Below are positions 19,060 through 25,056 of a DNA stretch of 25,056 bases, piece after piece (position 1 is the stretch's first letter; each line of letters starts with the position of its first letter). The translations under genes were made by a program, and so were the position numbers. The notes below the pieces were generated by a model, which saw only the letters and a program-made list of their open reading frames with translations, was not told where the DNA came from and searched no databases. Origin of the DNA: Cyanobacteria bacterium P01_A01_bin.123 (GTDB taxonomy: Bacteria; Cyanobacteriota; Cyanobacteriia; Phormidesmidales; Phormidesmidaceae); contig JBCBZT010000081.1 in the NCBI GenBank assembly GCA_039815185.1, positions 1 through 25,056 of the forward strand, given 5' to 3'.

Positions 19060-20397
19060 ATGAGTGATACTTCTCGATATTGGACGTTGATGCGGCTTGA
19101 AGCGTCTGGCAAGGCCAGAACGCGAGTGCTAGAAACCGCTAAAATCTGGTTTGAGAGTTGCTTTGACTCCGTTCAGGCAGATCAGGTGCAGACTCAATTG
19201 TGGACTATCTACCAAGGTAAGCACGACGAAGTGGCATCGGCTCAGTTGTGTTTGCGCTGCTGGGTGTCCCAGGGCATTTATCAGGCCTGTGCTCAACTGG
19301 TGCAGAAGTTTGGACAGCGGTATCAATTTACTTTGACCGATTTGTTGGGCTATGTGCTTGATGATGATGGAAAATCTTTGGGGGCTTATCAACCCCTAAC
19401 CGTGAAAATTTTGGAGTCCTTTGATGCAACCAAAGGCAAGCTCTTGAGCTGGGTATACAAGCTCACCCAAAGTCACCCCGACATCAACCGTCTTCTTCTT
19501 GATCGCGGCTTGTATCGAGCCAGTGACTGGGCCATTCTCAATGACACATCGCTATCCCAATTGCAGCGCATTTTGAGGGACATTTATGGCTGGAGTGAGA
19601 CCGAAGTCGCTCAGCCTTGTCGCTTGCTGGCGTGCTATCACCAGATCTATCGGCAGACGCGATTGCAGCAACGTTTGGCTAAAACCGCTAGACATCGTTG
19701 TGAAGCCCCCAACGACAATCAATTGCAGCAAATCGACGGAACGCGATCGCCCCAAACGGTTTTGGCCCAGCTTAAAGCACTTGCCGATGTGTTGCGCGAT
19801 CACAAAGTGCAGGTGCGACAGGGTGCTCCTTTTGCTGTCTCTATGGATAGTCTGGATCCAGAACGCTTGGTGGTTAACGACGCCTCTGACGATAGCGAAA
19901 CAGAGACGACCCGTTTCTTGCAGGGCTATCGCAGCCAACTGAAGCAGTGCCTGGTGGACAGCTTAACTGCCGGGATTCAGTTCAAAGTCGACAAATTCAA
20001 GCGTAAACAGCCGGAAAAAGCCCACGCTTTTGTCAAAGGGTTATCGCTTTTCCATTGTGAGGGGCTATCTATGGGGGCGATCGCGCCCCAAGTCGGTTGT
20101 CAAACCCAGGTACAGGTGACCCGCCTGCTAGACCTCAAGCGCTTTCGCCAGGACGTTCGCAACCAGATTATTCCCTGCTTGCAGACGAGGTTGCAAACGC
20201 AAGCCCTCACCTATGTCAGCGCTGATCGGTTACAAGCCATTGCCCATCAGCTCGATCAACTCTTGAGTGACGATGTGGATCGGGTTATGGCCGAAGCCGC
20301 TGCCGAAGCTCAAATGCCTAAGAATCGAACGACTCGCAGCCTGTTCGCGGTGCAGCTTTGCCAAACCATCCATGTCTTTCTCGATGAAGCCGCCTGA
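19060..20397 (+). CDS. Sigma-70-like / HetZ-related HTH protein
   Basis: Motifs AQLCLRCWVS, VLDDDG, ILESFD, SDWAILND and a sigma region-4-like HTH LSLFHCEGLSMGAIAPQVG..QVQVTRLL (~20041-20130). ATG 19060 chosen. Confidence 0.65.
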   Translation: MSDTSRYWTLMRLEASGKARTRVLETAKIWFESCFDSVQADQVQTQLWTIYQGKHDEVASAQLCLRCWVSQGIYQACAQLVQKFGQRYQFTLTDLLGYVLDDDGKSLGAYQPLTVKILESFDATKGKLLSWVYKLTQSHPDINRLLLDRGLYRASDWAILNDTSLSQLQRILRDIYGWSETEVAQPCRLLACYHQIYRQTRLQQRLAKTARHRCEAPNDNQLQQIDGTRSPQTVLAQLKALADVLRDHKVQVRQGAPFAVSMDSLDPERLVVNDASDDSETETTRFLQGYRSQLKQCLVDSLTAGIQFKVDKFKRKQPEKAHAFVKGLSLFHCEGLSMGAIAPQVGCQTQVQVTRLLDLKRFRQDVRNQIIPCLQTRLQTQALTYVSADRLQAIAHQLDQLLSDDVDRVMAEAAAEAQMPKNRTTRSLFAVQLCQTIHVFLDEAA

Positions 20398-20434
20398 GGC
20401 GGTAATCCAGTTTATTCACAGCAGGCGACCTATC

Positions 20435-21595
20435 ATGTTGACCCTTCCCTCCCTAACCTTGAGTACCATGGACTTCCATTCTTCCCTTGACGCCATCACC
20501 CTCACCCCAGCAGACCTTGACTGGGTAAGCCAGCGCTGTCAAGCGTCAGTTGACGAAACCCTTCAGTGGCAGGGATTCCTGGAACATATGGCAATTTGCG
20601 GTGTGCAGCAATGGCTAGAAGCTGGGGTGGTTGACTTTAACATCCATCTGGAGTCTGGAACGTCCGCCAGCCATCTGCGGATCAACGGTTACCGTCTACA
20701 AATTGTGCCGATGGGCAGCTTTAGTGACGAGTGGGTGATGCTAACGCGATCGCAACCTGCATCTCCTGACAATCAGCCCCATCTCTATATTTTGGTCGAA
20801 GTCATTGAGGAGACCGACCAAGTGATCATCCTCAGTGGCCTGCGCGGCGATCAACTTGTCGATGTGATGGCTCAATATGCGATCGCCCCCAACCCTCAAA
20901 CCCCAATCACACTTCCCGTCACCGCTTTCACCACCTCCCCCGATCAGATTCTGCTCTACCTCACCTGCCTTGACCCCGCAACCCTCAGTCCCCAGGGAAT
21001 CGTTTCAGCAGAGCAACCCTCCATCCCTCACCCCTCACCCATGACTGCCTCTGAAACGCCTAGTGGAACTTCCCTGCGATCGCCGCTAATCAACGTCAGC
21101 CAATGGCTTAATAACCAACTCGACGCGATCGCCGAACAACTGGCCTGGACTCTCTTGCCACCCTTAACACCGTCTCCCTTACGCGGCATTCGCACGCCGG
21201 TTGAAGAGCTAGAAGCAATCGTTTACGAACTCGACCCCCAGCGAATGACAATTCCCCCCAGGGCCCGAGGGGCTTACCAGGCGCTCCAGCTTGCCGGCCT
21301 GCCCCTACGTCTCTATGCCATGGTCTGGGCCGTGGTGGAATCCGCTGAACCAGAATGGAGTCTGATGGTGTTTTTAGGGGCTGGAGAAGGCGATCGCTTG
21401 CCAGACGGCCTCCAACTCCAGATTCAAGATCAAACTGGGATCTTAGCCAACCAAACTTTTCAAGCGAATGTAGGGTCTGACTTCTTATATGCCCAAGTGA
21501 TTGGCCACTGGGACGAGTCGTTTATGGTGTCACTCTCCTTACCCAACGGCGTATCCCTCACCCTGCCCCCCTTTGCCTACCAACCCAACGCCTAA
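20435..21595 (+). CDS. DUF1822-like protein
   Basis: WQGFLEHMAICGVQQWL, PHLYILVEVIEE, LLYLTCL, INVSQWLNNQLD..A..LAWTLL, and a C-terminal beta domain LPDGLQLQIQD...LYAQVIG.WDESF.V...TLPPF. ATG 20435 chosen. Confidence 0.75.
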   Translation: MLTLPSLTLSTMDFHSSLDAITLTPADLDWVSQRCQASVDETLQWQGFLEHMAICGVQQWLEAGVVDFNIHLESGTSASHLRINGYRLQIVPMGSFSDEWVMLTRSQPASPDNQPHLYILVEVIEETDQVIILSGLRGDQLVDVMAQYAIAPNPQTPITLPVTAFTTSPDQILLYLTCLDPATLSPQGIVSAEQPSIPHPSPMTASETPSGTSLRSPLINVSQWLNNQLDAIAEQLAWTLLPPLTPSPLRGIRTPVEELEAIVYELDPQRMTIPPRARGAYQALQLAGLPLRLYAMVWAVVESAEPEWSLMVFLGAGEGDRLPDGLQLQIQDQTGILANQTFQANVGSDFLYAQVIGHWDESFMVSLSLPNGVSLTLPPFAYQPNA

Positions 21596-21692
21596 ATTTT
21601 CCCTCTCCTTATTCCCTCCGGAAAGGCTACAAAAGACTCCGGTCAGGACAAGCTCCCCCTCTGCCCCCTTGCTTCCCCCTCTCCCCGTCTCT

Positions 21693-24224
21693 ATGTTTTA
21701 TCAGCTCACGGTTCAAAAAATTGAGCAAACCTGTGTCTTCAACCTGACCTGGGGCAACCACCAGCGACTCCATGCTGAGGTTCCGTTTCCACCTGCGATT
21801 TTGCAATTCTACAAAAACTGGCAGGCTGCTTATCTCGGATACTACCAGGCAGAATTAAGGGGTGTAGTACTGCAAGATCCGACTCAGCAGGGGGCAGTGT
21901 CACCAGCACCAGACCCGAAAAATTCAGACCTGCGGGGGCGTCCTGGGATGGTGGGGCAGGTCGCCTCGCAAGCCGTGAACTGGCATAGTCAACTGGCCCA
22001 AACAGAAGCCCAACTGCTGTCTGAATTTCACCGCTGGCTGCTGGGCGAACCGCTACACAAAATTCGTCAAACTCTAATAGAAGGGCTAGACACCCTAGGC
22101 CCTGATACCACGCTAAATGTATTTCTCACCTGCACACCGATTGAGTTAGCCCGCCTCCCCTGGGAAACCTGGGAACTAGACAAAGGCTCAGCCAACTGCT
22201 TACGCTTTGCCCGATCGCCGATCAACATTGAAGCCACCACGCCACCTCGACGACAGTTTCGCAAAGGACGAGCGCGGGTTCTGGCGATTTTGGGAGATTC
22301 TACCCACATCAACGCCCGACAGGATCTCGACACCCTGCAAGAAAGACTCAAACGCACGGTAGAAATTGAATCGGTAATTTGGCACTCGGGCAAAGCTATC
22401 ACGACATTGAAACAGGAAATCCGCGATCGCCTAAGGGATCCCTTAGGCTGGGATATCCTCTTTTTTGCAGGGCACAGCAATGAACAAAAACTGGTGAAAG
22501 GGGAAATCGCGATCGCGCCCAGTGTCACCCTATCTATGCGTACCCTGGAGCCTGACCTCGAAATTGCTAAAGCACGGGGGCTGCAATTTGCCCTGTTCAA
22601 TTCTTGCAGCGGCCTTGATATTGCCGATGCACTCATCGGTATGGGGTTGAGTCAAGTCGCCATTATGCGCGAGCCTGTCCATGATCAAGTCGCGCTGGCA
22701 TTTTTAGACAGCTTTTTACAAGGGGTTGCAGGGTATGAAGACGTGCATGATGCCTTGATTAAAGCCTGTCGCCACCTGCGATCGCAGCAGCAGTTGACCT
22801 ACCCCTCAGCCTATTTTATTCCGTCGTTATTTCGCCATCCCAGCGCCACTTTGTTTCAGCTTGAACCCACAGGCTGGAAACGCCAACTGCGCCGGTTCAT
22901 GCCGCAGCGGCGGGAAGCAATTGCCGTAGCGGTGATCACCACCCTCAGCCTACTAACCCCCGTTCACTATTGGTTAGTAGATCAGCGCGTCAAAGTTCAG
23001 GCCCAATATCGCCAATTAACCCAGCAACAACCTGCACTTATACCCTCAGCCACCACACCACCGGTTTTATTAGTGCAAATTGACGATCAATCGCTCCAGT
23101 TGAGAGAAATTGGTGACCCCAGCATCATGGATCGCACCTATCTAGCTGATTTGGTAGACCAAGCCACAAGCTTAGATGCACCTGTGGTCGCCTTAGACTT
23201 CGTTTTAGACCGGGTACGACCTGACAATGTTTACCTGGGTGAGACCATTCAAAATAACATTGCCGCCAGGCAAAGTTGGTTTATCTTCGCAACCAAGAAA
23301 AGTCACTCTGGGGAATGGCAATGGCCCTTACCTGAGATTTCTGAAAACACTTGGAGCCTGCGAGGGGATATGAATATTCCCCTGTGGAATGTTGCCCCAC
23401 TGCGTCGTAGCAATAGCGATCGCCCGATGCCATTCAGCTACCAAATCGCAGTCGCCTATCAACTCAGTCAGTCAGGGAGTACAACGGAGAATTCGCTTAA
23501 GTTGGCTCCGACTTTGCAAGAGCGGCGATCGCTCCAAAGCCAAATCTTTGATCTATCATCTCGTCTAGATGCTGACAGTCAGGCTGTGATCACCTCAAAA
23601 AATGCCAACCTTAACCTGATCACCGCACTCTCTTATCGATTTAGATTGCGGTGGTTGCAACCTATTCTAGACTTTTCCATCGCGCCAGAGCAGGTTTATC
23701 AAACTATCCCTGCGTGGCATTTTTTAGATCAGAACGGGAGGACGCTACCCAAAAATTTAGGGGCGTCCTCTTTACAAGAGAAAATCGTCATCATTGCTCC
23801 AGGTGGTTACGACGAAGCTGGCGTCAATCAAGAGGGTGAAGACAATTTTCCGATGCCCCCTGCGATCGCTTACTGGCGTCAACAAACGGGCAATCCTAAC
23901 CGGGGTCTAACCGGAGGAGAAGCTCATAGCTACATGATTCATCACTATCTCAACCAGCATTTTATCATTCCCATTCCAGACACTTGGATGGTGCTGCTCA
24001 CGGCGGCATGTAGCAAGTTATTGATTGTTATCTTACCTAACCAGGTGTTCAAATCCCGATGGCAGTTCACATCAGTTTTGGCTTTAGGCACAGGAGTTTA
24101 TGGCGTCTTGAGTATGCAAGTTTATATCTCTGGACAATTGCTGTTGCCGTGGCTATTGCCTAGCCTAATCATTTGGAGTTATTGGCTCCCCCTACTTTTG
24201 GAGAACCCCTATGAATCTCACTAA
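21693..24224 (+). CDS. CHAT (caspase-like) protease domain + TM + CHASE2 sensor + 3 TM membrane protein
   Basis: CHAT motifs LARLPWE, RVLAILG, ILFFAGHS (His 22473-22475), ALFNSCSG (Cys 22605-22607). TM at ~22917-22980. CHASE2 motifs VLLVQIDDQSL, RTYLADLV, VVALDFVLD, EKIVII, GGEAH. Three C-terminal TM helices. ATG 21693 chosen. Confidence 0.85.
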   Translation: MFYQLTVQKIEQTCVFNLTWGNHQRLHAEVPFPPAILQFYKNWQAAYLGYYQAELRGVVLQDPTQQGAVSPAPDPKNSDLRGRPGMVGQVASQAVNWHSQLAQTEAQLLSEFHRWLLGEPLHKIRQTLIEGLDTLGPDTTLNVFLTCTPIELARLPWETWELDKGSANCLRFARSPINIEATTPPRRQFRKGRARVLAILGDSTHINARQDLDTLQERLKRTVEIESVIWHSGKAITTLKQEIRDRLRDPLGWDILFFAGHSNEQKLVKGEIAIAPSVTLSMRTLEPDLEIAKARGLQFALFNSCSGLDIADALIGMGLSQVAIMREPVHDQVALAFLDSFLQGVAGYEDVHDALIKACRHLRSQQQLTYPSAYFIPSLFRHPSATLFQLEPTGWKRQLRRFMPQRREAIAVAVITTLSLLTPVHYWLVDQRVKVQAQYRQLTQQQPALIPSATTPPVLLVQIDDQSLQLREIGDPSIMDRTYLADLVDQATSLDAPVVALDFVLDRVRPDNVYLGETIQNNIAARQSWFIFATKKSHSGEWQWPLPEISENTWSLRGDMNIPLWNVAPLRRSNSDRPMPFSYQIAVAYQLSQSGSTTENSLKLAPTLQERRSLQSQIFDLSSRLDADSQAVITSKNANLNLITALSYRFRLRWLQPILDFSIAPEQVYQTIPAWHFLDQNGRTLPKNLGASSLQEKIVIIAPGGYDEAGVNQEGEDNFPMPPAIAYWRQQTGNPNRGLTGGEAHSYMIHHYLNQHFIIPIPDTWMVLLTAACSKLLIVILPNQVFKSRWQFTSVLALGTGVYGVLSMQVYISGQLLLPWLLPSLIIWSYWLPLLLENPYESH

Positions 24225-25056
24225 TTGGACACGTTTTGTTTGCCGAACAGCCAGCTATCTCGGTGTTGCCTTACTATTACCGACTCAGTCAATATTGGCC
24301 CAAACTAATCTCGATGACTCACTTACCTGGACTAATTTTCTCAACTCCTGGTTAGAGCAAGAAGATCCAGGACGGAATCGGAATGGGGGGGGGCGTCTCC
24401 CAGACTTTTGTGCCGTCACTAGCTATGCAGACCCGATTCAAGTGTGGCACTTACAGCCAATCTATCTTTGGCAAGGGGCAGAAAGACCTGTGGCTATCCG
24501 TCCGGATGGTGATACCGACAACACTTTAGCAGCAGATGTTACCGTTGAATCAGCAACAGAGCTGAATGTAGCTCAAAGCTCCGAGAACCCATTGCAGCCA
24601 GGAGAAAGTTACGACTGGATCCTTTATGATCGCCTCGATCCAGAGCAGGAGATTATGGTTGAACCCTTTCAGGTGATGACCATAGCTAAGCGGCATCAAG
24701 TGACTACAGCGCTCGAGCAATTGGTTGAAGACTTAGACAACCAGGGGGCCTCAGCTGAAGAAATTGCTTTAGCTAAAGCGAACTACTTCCTTGAGCAAGG
24801 GCTGATGGTAGACGCTGTGCAAAGTATGTTCTTGGTTGAAGAACCTTCGTCCCACGTGCTAGGAAGTCGGACGGGGATGGTTGTTAAGCTATGTAATCCA
24901 GGGCCATTGCCAGGAGAAGACACAGCGTTCGGGATGGGGCATGATGGCCAAGTGACGCCCATCGGGGGAGCAGACACCGGCGATGCCTTGGTCGCTGCCG
25001 TTCGGGCAGAACGGGTACGCGTCGGTTACTTTGCCGTCGTCGTCAGCGAAGCGCAA
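24211..25056 (+). CDS. DUF928-like secreted protein (absent from ORF track; no stop before window end; homology seems to end ~24897)
   Basis: ATG 24211 overlaps the upstream gene by 14 nt. My translation: MNLTNWTRFVCRTASYLGVALLLPTQSILAQ (signal-like)...GRNRNGGGRLPDFCAV...VWHLQPIYLWQG...PLQPGESYDW...FQVM...GASAEEIALAKANYFLEQGLMVDAVQ...KLCN. Confidence 0.75.
   Translation, partial: MNLTNWTRFVCRTASYLGVALLLPTQSILAQTNLDDSLTWTNFLNSWLEQEDPGRNRNGGGRLPDFCAVTSYADPIQVWHLQPIYLWQGAERPVAIRPDGDTDNTLAADVTVESATELNVAQSSENPLQPGESYDWILYDRLDPEQEIMVEPFQVMTIAKRHQVTTALEQLVEDLDNQGASAEEIALAKANYFLEQGLMVDAVQSMFLVEEPSSHVLGSRTGMVVKLCNPGPLPGEDTAFGMGHDGQVTPIGGADTGDALVAAVRAERVRVGYFAVVVSEAQ
24889..25056 (-). CDS. purL: 3' fragment of large-type FGAM synthase (PurL) glutaminase domain; foreign-looking and truncated
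   Basis: Minus frame from the window end reads LRFADDDGKVTDAYPFCPNGSDQGIAGVCSPDGRHLAIMPHPERCVFSWQWPWIT*. It contains YP.xPNGS, GIAG.CSPDGRHLA.MPHPER (His-Pro-Glu catalytic motif) and WQWPW. 24901-25056 is 100/156 GC (64%). Confidence 0.75.
   Translation of the reverse strand: MRFADDDGKVTDAYPFCPNGSDQGIAGVCSPDGRHLAIMPHPERCVFSWQWPWIT

Larger units (their letters stand above)
2598..23869. repeat. HIP1 octamer (GCGATCGC) dispersed across the window
   Basis: About 31 perfect copies counted by eye (e.g. 2598, 3075, 4217, 4351, 5633, 8232, 15961, 16541, 19743, 22423, 23862), far above random expectation (<1 per 25 kb). Confidence 0.9.

Noticed and set aside
20267..20434. Apparent long overlaps from ORF-track upstream starts (20267 for DUF1822, 21501 for CHAT-CHASE2)
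   Set aside because: The extensions are low-complexity or overlap the previous gene; internal ATGs at 20435 and 21693 give non-overlapping, family-like N-termini.
24783..24977. ORF-track 64-aa minus-strand ORF
   Set aside because: Wrong frame; the recognisable PurL sequence is in a different minus frame (25056 to 24889).
24898..25056. Plus-strand C-terminal extension of the DUF928-like protein (PGPLPGEDTAFGMG...)
   Set aside because: It is the antisense reading of the PurL fragment and is unlikely to be a genuine domain.
1..25056. CRISPR arrays, cas genes, tRNA/rRNA, transposases, integrases
   Set aside because: No regularly spaced repeats, RNA-gene signatures or mobile-element motifs seen. 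The CHAT protein has no CRISPR context here; the Csx29 comparison is only a mechanistic analogy.

Overview
Cyanobacterial chromosomal DNA, probably from a filamentous lineage (about 31 HIP1 octamers GCGATCGC counted by eye; hpsL/hpsN, lrtA and DUF1822/DUF928 genes). The left ~18 kb is mostly housekeeping: tig (3' part)-clpP-clpX, three alpha/beta hydrolases, PrxQ/BCP, NUDIX, a metallophosphoesterase, hpf/lrtA, lipB, hpsL-hpsN plus another glycosyltransferase, a pentapeptide-repeat membrane protein, uraH and an AT-rich GT61 gene. Three things stand out. (1) A co-directional four-gene module at 19.06-24.9 kb: sigma-70/HetZ-like HTH protein, DUF1822-like protein, a receptor with a cytoplasmic CHAT protease domain (His/Cys intact) fused to a CHASE2 sensor, and a secreted DUF928-like protein missing from the ORF track. 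It is a candidate protease-triggered transmembrane sigma/anti-sigma system. (2) A PirA-like helical hairpin fused to an extra domain, with a perfect NtcA box in a repressor-like position. (3) An abrupt junction at ~24897, after which the last ~160 nt are ~64% GC and encode, on the minus strand, the end of a large-type (non-cyanobacterial) PurL glutaminase domain. This is probably a chimeric join, or else an insertion. All family assignments come from motif recognition by eye; no database searches were run.
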